NCBI GenBank assembly: GCA_005791875.1
Contig: SXTU01000205.1
Location: 1 to 58,717, forward strand
DNA: 58,717 nt
Origin: Verrucomicrobiales bacterium
Lineage (GTDB): Bacteria > Verrucomicrobiota > Verrucomicrobiia > Limisphaerales > SXTU01
Direction: 5' to 3'
The notes under the pieces were generated by a model. The model ran no database searches, had not been told where the DNA came from, and saw nothing but the letters and a program-made list of their open reading frames with translations. The translations under genes were made by a program, and so were the position numbers. Shown here one piece after another: positions 17,117 through 26,060 of the stretch. Every line of letters starts with the position of its first letter. The first letter of the stretch is position 1.

Positions 17117-17258
17117 GCTGACAAGCCGGTATCCTGACTCCGGGCTTCAAACCTCGCTCCCGCCTTCCCGACCTTCAGTCAGTGGCATTGGGAGTCTGTA
17201 GCCCGTCACAGTGGCGCAACCGTCCCCGGTTCTCACGGGGTTCCCTGCACTTGTAAGC
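17117..17258 (-). promoter_or_regulatory. Cobalamin (B12) riboswitch aptamer
   Basis: The minus strand reads ...gcagggaaccccgtgagaaccggggacggttgcgccactgtgacggg...ccactgactgaaggtcgggaaggcggg...gagtcaggataccggcttgtcagc. This matches the conserved AGGGAA/GGTG..AA..CC core, the GCCACTG element and the B12 box (AGTCAGGATACCGGC). P1 pairs gcttacaag with cttgtcagc. GC-rich hairpins follow in the leader down to the ATG at 16905. Confidence 0.85.
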
Positions 17259-17462
17259 GATGATGGCGGAGCAACTCCGCCGTTGTTCAGAGAACCGGGT
17301 GCGGTTGTATGGGAACGCTCTGGCGCTGCCAAGGAAAAGGTTTGCGACGCGATTCTGCCTGCGGTTCGGCCGGCCTCATCCTGCTTGGGGTTCGCACCGT
17401 GGCGAATTTTAAGGGGACAACTTCCCGTTGTCGCTTGCGCTTCGCCCCGATACGTTGCGCCC

Positions 17463-17597
17463 ATGAAGTGGCTCACGCGGCAGGAGCAGACGGTGCTCTT
17501 CACGCTGTTGTTCCTCGTGCTGCTCGGCCTGGCGGTGAAGGCGTATCGAACGTCCACCCACGTCCCGCAGTCCAACCCGCCAGCTGCCGCTCGCTGA
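17463..17597 (+). CDS. Possible small single-pass membrane protein
   Basis: MKWLTRQEQTVLFTLLFLVLLGLAVKAY... The ORF ends 1 nt before the next gene. There is no family assignment. Confidence 0.3.
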   Translation: MKWLTRQEQTVLFTLLFLVLLGLAVKAYRTSTHVPQSNPPAAAR

Positions 17598-17598
17598 C

Positions 17599-18039
17599 AT
17601 GCAAAAAACCATCGACGTCGAACAAGTCCTCGAAACCATTGTCGCCCGGGACACCCGCTACCCGCGCGAGGCCTACTACTTCGTCCGCGAGGCGCTGGAC
17701 GTGGCGCAGCGCAAGTTCGCCAAGTCCGGCGGCAAGTCCGCCAAGGACAAGCCCGCGCACGTCAGCGGCCAGCAACTCCTCGAAGGCATCCGCGCGCACG
17801 CGCTGGAGCAGTTCGGCCCGCTGACGCTGATGGTGTTGGAGGAATGGGGCATCCGCCGCGGCGAGGACTTCGGCGAAGTCGTCTTCAACATGGTGGAAAG
17901 CTCGCTGCTCGGGAAGACGGAGAACGACAGCCGCGACGACTTCAAGGGCGGGTATGATTTCTTCGAGGCGTTTCGCAAGCCATTTTTGCCGAAGGCGAAA
18001 GTCGCTGAGCTTAAGCTGAAGTCCGAGCCGGTGAACTGA
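17599..18039 (+). CDS. Conserved hypothetical protein (resembles a small PVC-restricted family)
   Basis: A 146-aa ORF with coding-type codon bias. The segment RDTRYPREAYYFVREALDVAQ...GEDFGEVVFNMVE is recalled as a Verrucomicrobia/Planctomycetes-restricted family. This was not verified. Confidence 0.6.
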   Translation: MQKTIDVEQVLETIVARDTRYPREAYYFVREALDVAQRKFAKSGGKSAKDKPAHVSGQQLLEGIRAHALEQFGPLTLMVLEEWGIRRGEDFGEVVFNMVESSLLGKTENDSRDDFKGGYDFFEAFRKPFLPKAKVAELKLKSEPVN

Positions 18040-18112
18040 CTTCCGGGACGGCTTTGACGATTTCTCTCCGTTGCAGCGCGCGGTTCGACCCGCTACTTTC
18101 CGCGCCCTGATT

Positions 18113-20695
18113 ATGGCTGTTGCCCGCGCATCTCATCGCTCGACGAATTCATCCACTTCCCTGCCCGCCATCCCGCCCGGCACCACCGTCACCACGCTCG
18201 ACAACGGCCTGACCGTCATCCTGCGTGAGGACCGCTCCGCGCCCGTCGTGTCCGCGCAGGCGTGGGCGCAGACGGGCAGCGTGCATGAGGGCCGCTGGCT
18301 CGGCGCGGGCTTGAGCCATGTGCTTGAGCACATGCTCTTCAAGGGCACGGCCACGCGTCCGCCGGGCCAAATTGACCGCGAAGTGCAGGACGTGGGCGGC
18401 TACATGAACGCCTACACAAGCTTCGACCGCACCGTGTATCACATTGATGCCCCGAACACCGGCGCGCGCGTCGCCGTGGATGTGTTGTGCGACATCATGC
18501 AGCACGCCGCGTTGCCCGACGACGAGCTGAAGAAGGAACTCGACGTCATCCGCCGCGAGATGGACATGGGCCACGACGACCCCGGTCGCCGCGCGGGCCG
18601 CCGGCTCTTCGAGACGGCTTACACGCGCAGCCCGTATCGCTTCACGGTCATCGGCTACCGCGACATCTTCGACACGTTGAAGCGCGAGGACATCGTGAGC
18701 TACTACCGCGAGCGTTACGCGCCAAACAACGTCTTCTTCCTCGTCGTGGGCGACATCGTGGCCGCCGACGTGCTCGCGCAAATCAAGACGGCCTGGGCCA
18801 AGTCCCCGTCGCGTGCGATTCCGCCGATGGTCCTGCCCGACGAACCCACGCAAGCCGCCGCACGCGAAGTCATCGAGGAAGCGCCCATCGAGTTGGGCCA
18901 CTTCCACTTCTCCTGGCACATCCCTGACCTGCGACACGCGGACATCCCCGCGCTCGACGTGCTCGCCACCCTGCTCGGCAACGGTCGCAGCTCGCGCCTC
19001 TTCCAAAACGTCCGCGAGAAAAAGGCCCTCGCTCACTCCGCCGACGCGTGGACTTACAATCCCGGCCTGCCCGGCCTCTTCGGCATGAGCGGCGTGGTGG
19101 ACGCGGACAAGTTCTCCGCCGCCAGCGCCGCGATGCTCGCCGAGGTCGAACGCATGAAGGCCAAGCCCGTGTCGAAGGCCGAGCTGTCCAAGGCCGTGAA
19201 GCAGTTCACCGCCGGCACGCTCGCCACGCGCAAGACGATGGCGGGTCAGGCGGCGGACCTCGGCGGCAACTGGCTCGCCGCGAGCGACCTGAACTTCTCG
19301 CAACGCTTCCTCGACGCCGTGCGCCGCCTCAAGCCCGCCGACCTCCAGCGCGTCGCGCGCAAGTATCTCACGCCTGAAAACCGGACGCTTTACGCGCTCT
19401 TGCCCGAGGGCACCGCGCCGAAGACGACCACGGGCATCGAGGTCAGCAGCCGCAGCGACATCGCGAAGTTCGAGCTGCCCAGCGGCCTGCGCCTGCTGGT
19501 GAAGGAAGACCATCGCCTGCCGTTCGCGTATTTTCGCGCCGGCCTGCGCGGCGGCGTGCTGGCCGAGACGGCGGCGAACTGCGGCGCGAGTTCCATGCTC
19601 GCGCGGCTGATGATGAAGGGCACCCAGACCCGCACCGCCGAGCAGCTCGCGACGGAGATCGAGAGCGTCGGTGGCAGCCTCGACACCTACAGCGGCAACA
19701 ACTCGCTGGGCGTCACCGCTGACCTGCTGCGCGAGGACTTTGCCCTCGGTCTCGAACTCACGGCTGATGTGTTGCTTCACCCGTCCTTCCCGAAAGCCGA
19801 GCTGGAGCGCGAGCGCGAGATTCAGCTCGGCAACCTCCGCCACCAGCGCGACGAACTGCTCTCCTGTTGCTTCAAGCTCATGAAGCGCACCCTCTTCGGC
19901 GACGCTGGCTACGGCCTCGATTCCCTCGGCACCGAAGCGACGGTGAAGGCGATGCAAGTCCCCGCCCTCGCTGCGTTGCACCAACAGCTCGTCACGCCCG
20001 ACAACTGCGTTCTTGCCATCTACGGTGCGGTGGAGACGAAGACGGTGGAGGCGGCGGTGAAGAAGGCGTTCGCACGCTGGAAGGCGTCTGGCGCACCGAC
20101 CGTCAACTCCAATCTCCAAACTCCAAACTCCAAACTTGGGGCCCGTCGCGCCAGCGACACGCGCGACAAGAAGCAAGCCGTCCTCGCCATCGGCTTCCCC
20201 GGCACAACGATGCACCACGACGACCACTACGCGTTGGACCTCATCCAAGAGGCGTGCAGCGACATGGGATCGCGGCTCTTCACGCGCATCCGCGAGAAGC
20301 TCGGCTTGGCCTACTACGTCGGTGCGCAGCACCTCGCCGGCTTGGTGCCTGGCTACTTTGCGTTCTACTGCGGCACCTCACCGGAGAAGGCCGTGCTGGT
20401 GGAGAAGGAGCTGTTGGCCGAAGCCGAGTTGCTCCGCACGGACGGCTTGACCGAGGAAGAGCTGAAGCGGGCGAAGGCTAAAATCATCGGCCAGAAGAAA
20501 ATCTCCCGCCAAGACCTCGGCGGCCAAGCGATGCTCCACGCGCTCGACGAACTCTACGGACTCGGCTACGCGCACCACATTGCAGACGATGCGCATTACG
20601 AAGCCGTGACTCTCGCCGAAGTGCGCGCTGTCGCCGCGCGCTATTTCCTCCCCAAAGCCAGCGCCGTCGCCGTCATCAGCGGGCCGTTGGCGTAG
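18113..20695 (+). CDS. Fused two-unit M16 (pitrilysin/insulinase) family zinc peptidase
   Basis: HVLEHMLFKGT is the inverted zincin HxxEH motif. The second half is an M16 inactive-type repeat (GVTADLLRED..., AYYVGAQH). TAG stop at 20693-20695. Confidence 0.85.
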   Translation: MAVARASHRSTNSSTSLPAIPPGTTVTTLDNGLTVILREDRSAPVVSAQAWAQTGSVHEGRWLGAGLSHVLEHMLFKGTATRPPGQIDREVQDVGGYMNAYTSFDRTVYHIDAPNTGARVAVDVLCDIMQHAALPDDELKKELDVIRREMDMGHDDPGRRAGRRLFETAYTRSPYRFTVIGYRDIFDTLKREDIVSYYRERYAPNNVFFLVVGDIVAADVLAQIKTAWAKSPSRAIPPMVLPDEPTQAAAREVIEEAPIELGHFHFSWHIPDLRHADIPALDVLATLLGNGRSSRLFQNVREKKALAHSADAWTYNPGLPGLFGMSGVVDADKFSAASAAMLAEVERMKAKPVSKAELSKAVKQFTAGTLATRKTMAGQAADLGGNWLAASDLNFSQRFLDAVRRLKPADLQRVARKYLTPENRTLYALLPEGTAPKTTTGIEVSSRSDIAKFELPSGLRLLVKEDHRLPFAYFRAGLRGGVLAETAANCGASSMLARLMMKGTQTRTAEQLATEIESVGGSLDTYSGNNSLGVTADLLREDFALGLELTADVLLHPSFPKAELEREREIQLGNLRHQRDELLSCCFKLMKRTLFGDAGYGLDSLGTEATVKAMQVPALAALHQQLVTPDNCVLAIYGAVETKTVEAAVKKAFARWKASGAPTVNSNLQTPNSKLGARRASDTRDKKQAVLAIGFPGTTMHHDDHYALDLIQEACSDMGSRLFTRIREKLGLAYYVGAQHLAGLVPGYFAFYCGTSPEKAVLVEKELLAEAELLRTDGLTEEELKRAKAKIIGQKKISRQDLGGQAMLHALDELYGLGYAHHIADDAHYEAVTLAEVRAVAARYFLPKASAVAVISGPLA
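20107..20134. repeat. 4x heptanucleotide tandem repeat (CTCCAAT, then CTCCAAA x3) inside the M16 peptidase ORF
   Basis: ctccaat ctccaaa ctccaaa ctccaaa encodes NSNLQTPNSKL, in a linker-like position of the second M16 unit. Confidence 0.85.
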
Positions 20696-20809
20696 TCGCG
20701 GGTGTCCTCGCCTCACGTCGAGACGTAGTCGCGAGTGGGATTCTGGGCAGGCCAAATGTGACCGAACTTTTTCCCTCCGGCCGCCGTCCAACGCCGAAGC
20801 AATCCAGCC

Positions 20810-21832
20810 ATGCACACACAGAATTCCCTTTCCCGCCGTCACTTCACCCTCGCCCTCGCCGCCTGTGCCCTCGGTGCCGTCGCCACCAGCGCCGCCGAGA
20901 AGAAGGGCTTCACCACCGAGAAATCCGCCGCCGGCATCGTGGTGAAGCACAACGGCCAGCCCTTCACCGAATACGTCACGCTCTCCCAGAACAAGCCCAT
21001 CCTCTGGCCCATCGTCGGCCCGACCGGCAAGGAGATGACGCGCCGTTACCCGATGGACAAAGTGGAAGGAGAGCAGCACGACCACCCGCACCATCGCTCG
21101 TTTTACTTTGGCCATCAGAGCATCAACGGCCTGGAGTTCTGGCACGACCGCTCGTCTTTCGAGGGACCGAAGAGCACCCCGGAATCAATGAAGCCCAAGT
21201 TGGAAAAGCTCGGCGTCACCAAGCACCGCGAGTTCAAGGAAGTCTCGGCCGACGCGGACAAGGCCGTGATTGCGATTGCCAACGACTACGTCGCCTTCGA
21301 GGGCGGCAGGAAAATCATGGAGGACACGCGTCGCTTCACCTTCCGCGCCGACGCAAACTCACGAACCGTGGACGTGGAGATTGATTTTCACAACAGCACC
21401 AAGGAGCCGGTGATCTTCGCCGACATGAAGGACGCCGGGTTCAGCCTGCGCCTGCCGACCTCGATGGCCCTGACCTCCAAGCAGGGCGGAAAAATCATCA
21501 ACAGCGAAGGCATCACCGATAAGGACACCTGGGCCAAGCGCGCCAAGTGGGTGGATTACCACGGCCCGGTCCAGGGTGAGCATCTGGGCGTGGCCTTCAT
21601 GGAACACCCGACGAGCTTTCGCCACCCAACGCCCTGGCATGTGCGCGACTACGGCCTGTTCACCGCGAACGCCTTTGGCAGCAAGAGCCTCGACAAAAAC
21701 CTGCCCGACGCTGCCCACACGCTGAAGCCCGGCGAGAAGTTGAAGCTCCGCTACCGCATCATCTTCCACAAAGGCGACGAGAAGGTCGCCAACATCGCCG
21801 CCGCCTACGAGCGATTTGCGAAGGAGAAGTGA
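20810..21832 (+). CDS. PmoA-like DUF6807 family secreted protein
   Basis: Tat/Sec-like signal SRRHFTLALAACALGAVA. NKPILWPIVGPTGKEMTRRYPM...HDHPHHRSFYFGHQSINGLEFW is characteristic of the family. Confidence 0.7.
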   Translation: MHTQNSLSRRHFTLALAACALGAVATSAAEKKGFTTEKSAAGIVVKHNGQPFTEYVTLSQNKPILWPIVGPTGKEMTRRYPMDKVEGEQHDHPHHRSFYFGHQSINGLEFWHDRSSFEGPKSTPESMKPKLEKLGVTKHREFKEVSADADKAVIAIANDYVAFEGGRKIMEDTRRFTFRADANSRTVDVEIDFHNSTKEPVIFADMKDAGFSLRLPTSMALTSKQGGKIINSEGITDKDTWAKRAKWVDYHGPVQGEHLGVAFMEHPTSFRHPTPWHVRDYGLFTANAFGSKSLDKNLPDAAHTLKPGEKLKLRYRIIFHKGDEKVANIAAAYERFAKEK

Positions 21833-21898
21833 GGAGCGCGGACGTTGTCGTCCGCTTCCTGGAAGTCTCCTGCCGAGCCAGCCCTCCGCGATCCAGTC

Positions 21899-23293
21899 AT
21901 GCCGTCTCCGGCTCAACTCTCCCTCTGCGAGCCCGCTTCGCGTCGCGAATGGCTGCGCATCGGCGGCTTGGGCTGCATGGGGCTTGCGCTGGGCCAAATA
22001 CTGGGCCCCGCTGCTCGCGCTGCAAACTTGACCGGCGGCACCTTCGGCAAGGCGAAGCACTGCATCATCCTTTTCCTCGGCGGTGGCCCACCGCAGCACG
22101 AGACCTTCGATCCGAAGCCCGACGCACCGCGAGAGATTCGCGGCGAGTTCAAGCCCATTGCCACCAGCGTCCCCGGCATTCACTACTCCGAGTTGCTGCC
22201 GCGCACCGCGAAGGCCGCGCACCACCTCGCCGTCGTCCGTTCGATGTTCACCGACGTGAACAGCCACGCGACCAGCGGCTACTGGATGCTCACCGGCTCA
22301 CGGCACGAGTCGCAGGCCGAGAGCCTGCCGCCGAGCTCCGCCGACTGGCCCAGCCTCGCCGCTGTCATCGGGGCGTTGAAGCCCAGCGGGCGTTCTCCCT
22401 TCAACTCGGTGCTGCTGCCGGAAGTCATCCACAACAACCCGAACATCACCTGGCCGGGTCAGGACGGGGGCTTCATGGGACACACTTGGAATCCCTCCGT
22501 GTTCAAGTGCGATCCTGCTGCGCCGGGCTTCGAGATTGACGGGCTGAAACTCCCCGTTGGCGTCTCCGCGCTGCGCGTCACCGAGCGCGCCAGCCTGCTC
22601 CGTCAGTTCGACGACCACTTCCTCGCCACGGCCCGCAGCGAGTCCATCGCCGCGCTGGACCGTGTGCAGCAGCGCGCCTTCGACGTCGTGCAAAACGCAG
22701 CGACCCGCGCGGCCTTCGAGCTGGAGCGTGAGAGCGCCGCCTCTCGCGACCGCTACGGACAGCACAAGTTCGGCCAGAGCTGTCTGCTGGCGCGGAGACT
22801 CATCGAGTCCGGCGCGCGGCTCGTGCAGGTGAACTGGCCGCGTGAGCCGCGCGACACCGAGGTCGGCAACCCGCTATGGGACACGCACCAGAAGAACGCC
22901 GAGCGCGTCCGCGACGTGCTCTGTCCGCAGCTCGACTCCGCGCTGCCGACATTGCTCGGGGACTTGGCTGAGCGCGGCCTGCTGGCCGAGACGCTCGTGG
23001 TGGTGATGGGCGAGTTCGGCCGCACGCCCAAGCACAACGGCAGCGGCGGGCGCGATCACTGGGGGCATTGCTTCTCCGTCGCGCTGGCGGGCGGCGGCGT
23101 GCGAGGTGGGCAGGTCATCGGCGCGAGCGACCGCATTGGCGGTTACCCGGCAGATCGTCCGCTGCGCCCGCAGGACTTGGCCGCAACGATTTTCCACCTG
23201 CTCGGCATTGACCCGCACGGCTTCTTCGAGGACCGCGGCGGTCGCGCGCGCCCGCTGCAAACCGGCGGCGACGTGATCCGCGAGCTGGCGTGA
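21899..23293 (+). CDS. DUF1501 (sulfatase-fold) family protein
   Basis: Tat-like SRREWLRIGGLGCMGLAL. KHCIILFLGGGPPQHETFDPKP, VVVMGEFGRTP and GRDHWG are typical DUF1501 motifs. No adjacent DUF1553 partner. Confidence 0.85.
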   Translation: MPSPAQLSLCEPASRREWLRIGGLGCMGLALGQILGPAARAANLTGGTFGKAKHCIILFLGGGPPQHETFDPKPDAPREIRGEFKPIATSVPGIHYSELLPRTAKAAHHLAVVRSMFTDVNSHATSGYWMLTGSRHESQAESLPPSSADWPSLAAVIGALKPSGRSPFNSVLLPEVIHNNPNITWPGQDGGFMGHTWNPSVFKCDPAAPGFEIDGLKLPVGVSALRVTERASLLRQFDDHFLATARSESIAALDRVQQRAFDVVQNAATRAAFELERESAASRDRYGQHKFGQSCLLARRLIESGARLVQVNWPREPRDTEVGNPLWDTHQKNAERVRDVLCPQLDSALPTLLGDLAERGLLAETLVVVMGEFGRTPKHNGSGGRDHWGHCFSVALAGGGVRGGQVIGASDRIGGYPADRPLRPQDLAATIFHLLGIDPHGFFEDRGGRARPLQTGGDVIRELA

Positions 23294-23302
23294 CTCAAAG
23301 CG

Positions 23303-24310
23303 CTACCGCCTCAGATAGTCATTCTGACGGAACCACTCAGCCGCGTCCGCCAGCGCCTGACGCGGCGGAGTCTGCGGCAGGCCGAGTTCGCGGATGGCCT
23401 TGGCGGGGTTGAAGAACATTTTGTATTTCGCCATGCGCACGCCGGCGAGCGGGGCTTTGGGCGGCTTGCCGGTGATTTTTGAAATGCCCTCATCCACGTA
23501 GGCGGCCAGCAACGGGATGAAGTAGGGCAGCGCAATGCGCGGCGCGGGGACACGGGTGATGTCGTGCAACACGGCGAACGCCTCGCGCATCGTCCAGTTG
23601 CCTTCCGCGTTGCCGAGGATGTAGCGCTCGCCGACGCGGCCCTTCTCGGCCGCGAGGATGTGCCCGATCGCCACGTCGCGGACGTGCACCCAGTTCAGCC
23701 CGGTGTCGAGGTAGGCGGGCATCGCGCGGTTGAGGAAGTCCACGATGACCTTGCCGGTGGGCGTGGGCTTCACGTCGCGCGGGCCGACGGGGGCGCTGGG
23801 ATTCACGATGACGATGGGCAACCCCTTCTTCACCAGCTCGCGCGCGACGACTTCCGCGCGCCACTTGGAGAGCTTGTAGTGGTTGCTCATCTGCGCCTCG
23901 GAGACCGGCGTGTCCTCGTCGGTCGGAGTGAGCTGGCCGTTCACCTCGCGCGGCAGGCCGATGCATCCGACAGTGCTGGTGTAAACGATGCGCGAGCAGT
24001 CGGCGAGGAACGCGGCCTCCAGGACGTTGCGCGTGCCCTCGACGTTCGCGGCATACATCGGCGCGTAGTCCGGCAGCCAGAGGTGGTAGCTGGCCGCGAC
24101 GTGGAAACACCAGTCGAAGCCCCTCATCCCGGCCTGCATCAGCTTGCGGTCGCTCACGTCGCCTTCGAGAAGCTCGTAATCCGCGCCCTCCAGCCCGCGC
24201 ACGTCCGCGCCGGGTCGCGCCAGCACGCGGACCGAATGGCCGCGCCGGCCCAGCTCGTGGACAAGGTTCGCCCCGATGAAGCCGGAGCCGCCGGTGACAA
24301 AACACTTCAT
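23303..24310 (-). CDS. NAD-dependent epimerase/dehydratase (HpnA / dihydroflavonol-reductase-like SDR)
   Basis: MKCFVTGGSGFIGANLVHEL is a GxxGxxG Rossmann motif. YKLSK is the catalytic YxxxK. TAG stop. Confidence 0.8.
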   Translation of the reverse strand: MKCFVTGGSGFIGANLVHELGRRGHSVRVLARPGADVRGLEGADYELLEGDVSDRKLMQAGMRGFDWCFHVAASYHLWLPDYAPMYAANVEGTRNVLEAAFLADCSRIVYTSTVGCIGLPREVNGQLTPTDEDTPVSEAQMSNHYKLSKWRAEVVARELVKKGLPIVIVNPSAPVGPRDVKPTPTGKVIVDFLNRAMPAYLDTGLNWVHVRDVAIGHILAAEKGRVGERYILGNAEGNWTMREAFAVLHDITRVPAPRIALPYFIPLLAAYVDEGISKITGKPPKAPLAGVRMAKYKMFFNPAKAIRELGLPQTPPRQALADAAEWFRQNDYLRR

Positions 24311-24478
24311 TGCTCGCTCGCGCCGAGACGCAAACGGGCCGCAGCTTGGCGGGCCTCGCAAACGCGCACAAGCCAAACGCTAGGCAATCCTTGACGCAGG
24401 GCGCGTTCGGACACTGCCCCCGGGCGCGCAGCTTTCAGGCCGCTTCAGCGTTCGCTGGAGCGATGCAGCGAGTGCCCG

Positions 24479-25441
24479 TCACTCCTTCACCGCCACGACG
24501 AATTGGTTCGAGGTCGCCAGGCCCAGCTTGAGGCAGAGCGTGTCCAGCACGGTGAAACCGCCGCTGAACGCGATGTTCTTCAGGCTGATGTGCCGCCACG
24601 GCCAGCCACCTTCCTCGACGCAATCGAGGCCGAACTTCACGCGCAGGCTGATGATCCAGAAGCCGATGGACGGCAGATAGCCGCGGTCAATGACCTTGAA
24701 GCCCGCTTCCTGCACGAGCTTCGTCAGCGACGCCTGGTTGAACAGGTGGAAGTGGCGCGGCGTGTGGAAGCCGGCCCAATAGGAGTTGTGGAACAGGTCG
24801 AAGTCGAGGCCGCCGACGTTGGGCGTGTCGATGACGAGGAGCGCGCCGGGCTTCAACTTCGGGCGCAGGTTCAAGAGCGCCTGACGCGGGTCGCGCAAGT
24901 GCTCAATGAGCTGGCGCATGAAGGCGAGGTCGTAGCCGTTGTCCGGCAAGCCGGCCACGTCGGCCTCGATGTTGCCCTCGCGGCACTCGACGTTCAGCTC
25001 CTTCGCCAAGGCGCGCGCGCGGTCGCTGAAGAGCAGGTCAAAGGCGGTGGCTTGCGCGCCGCAGTCGGCGTAGGCGTCGCGGTAGGCGGCGATTCGCTTC
25101 ACGTCGCCGCAGCCGATGTCAATGAGGCTGGCGAAGCGCCGCTCGCCCCAGCGCGCGCGGAAGTCGCGGGCGTCCTTGCCCATCTTCCAGCGGATGAGCT
25201 TGCTCTCGTGGAAGAGCGGGGAGTTGGGGTTGACCGTGTAGTAAGTCGACGGGTAGAGCGCGGCGACCTCCTCGGGCGCGGGCAGCGGGTTGAGATAGAC
25301 ATGCCCGCACTTCCAGCAGCGCACGATGTCAAACTCGCCGGGGCGGGCGTGGTATTCCCGGTCGTCGGTGCGGGAGACGAGCGTCCAGCCGCGTTCGCCG
25401 CAGAGGAGACAATGGCCGTCGGTGCCGGTGGTGGAAGGCAT
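24479..25441 (-). CDS. Class I SAM-dependent methyltransferase with an N-terminal zinc ribbon
   Basis: CLLCGERGW...CWKCGHVYLNP is a Cys4 ribbon. LIDIGCGDV is SAM motif I. VIDTPN is also present. Confidence 0.75.
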   Translation of the reverse strand: MPSTTGTDGHCLLCGERGWTLVSRTDDREYHARPGEFDIVRCWKCGHVYLNPLPAPEEVAALYPSTYYTVNPNSPLFHESKLIRWKMGKDARDFRARWGERRFASLIDIGCGDVKRIAAYRDAYADCGAQATAFDLLFSDRARALAKELNVECREGNIEADVAGLPDNGYDLAFMRQLIEHLRDPRQALLNLRPKLKPGALLVIDTPNVGGLDFDLFHNSYWAGFHTPRHFHLFNQASLTKLVQEAGFKVIDRGYLPSIGFWIISLRVKFGLDCVEEGGWPWRHISLKNIAFSGGFTVLDTLCLKLGLATSNQFVVAVKE

Positions 25442-25453
25442 GGCGGGGGAAAC

Positions 25454-25487
25454 GTCCAACATTCAACGCTCAACTTTCAACTTCCAA
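25454..25487. repeat. Five degenerate heptamers (CNNNCAA) adjoining the methyltransferase start
   Basis: cgtccaa cattcaa cgctcaa ctttcaa cttccaa. Confidence 0.6.
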
Positions 25488-25540
25488 AGCAAGGACGGGA
25501 GCCAACCCTGAAACTCCGGTGGACTTGGCTGCGTAGCAGC

Positions 25541-25740
25541 CCAACAACAGTAGCCGTGGGTGAAGCGAGCCAAGGCGAGCGAAACCCACGGTAGGAGAGC
25601 GAAAGGCTAACCACCGCGTAGCGGTGGAACAATTCACCGCTCGTCGTCTGTCCTACCGCTACGCGGTAGCCATCCTTGTTCTCGCGAACCGTGGGTTTCG
25701 TTCGCAGGGCGAACTTCACCCACGGCTACTGTTGTTCTGG
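25541..25740. repeat. Nested roughly 200-bp palindrome (MITE-like element or structured RNA) in an intergenic region
   Basis: The outer arms are aacaacagtagccgtgggtgaag...gaaacccacggt (25541-25592) and its reverse complement (25688-25740). Each arm contains its own hairpin (ccgtgggt/acccacgg). The spacer holds two further hairpins, ccaccgcGTAgcggtgg and ctaccgcTACgcggtag. Confidence 0.8.
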
Positions 25741-25789
25741 CCCCGCTGGGGCCAGTGGCGAGGGAGAACGGCTGGAATGTTACAGGACG

Positions 25790-26060
25790 CGCCGGAAAAT
25801 TCTCCGCCACCGCCCGCACGTCCCCGGCACCGCCGGATAATTCCCCGCCACCGTCCCACGATTCCTGACCACCACCGGAAAAATCCGGGGAACCGTCCGA
25901 AGAATCCCGGGATTCGCCGGACGAATCTCGGGAATCGCCAGACGGCGGTCGGGAACCGTGGGAAAAATCCCGGCCTCCGTCCCGCGAATCCCAAGAATCG
26001 TCTGACGAATCCCAGGAGTTTTCCGGCGAATCCCGGGATTTTCGCGAAATTCCCAGCCCT
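25790..26060. repeat. Array of about ten degenerate ~20-bp repeats built around the palindrome GAATCCCGGGATTC (iteron/operator-like)
   Basis: Copies include gaatcccgggattcgccggac, gaatctcgggaatcgccagac, gaatcccaagaatcgtctgac, gaatcccaggagttttccggc and gaatcccgggattttcgcg, plus looser upstream copies (ggaaaaatccgggg, ggataattccccg, ggaaaattctccg). All three forward frames give repetitive pseudo-peptides. Confidence 0.75.

Noticed and set aside
25541-25740. tRNA or tmRNA-like cloverleaf at the island edge
   Set aside because: Four hairpins closed by an outer stem look superficially like a cloverleaf. However, the element is about 200 nt long and almost perfectly two-fold symmetric. It also lacks T-loop/D-loop consensus and an anticodon arm.
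25790-26060. Possible CRISPR array
   Set aside because: The repeat units are contiguous, degenerate and about 20 bp long, with no unique spacers between them. No cas genes or leader are nearby.
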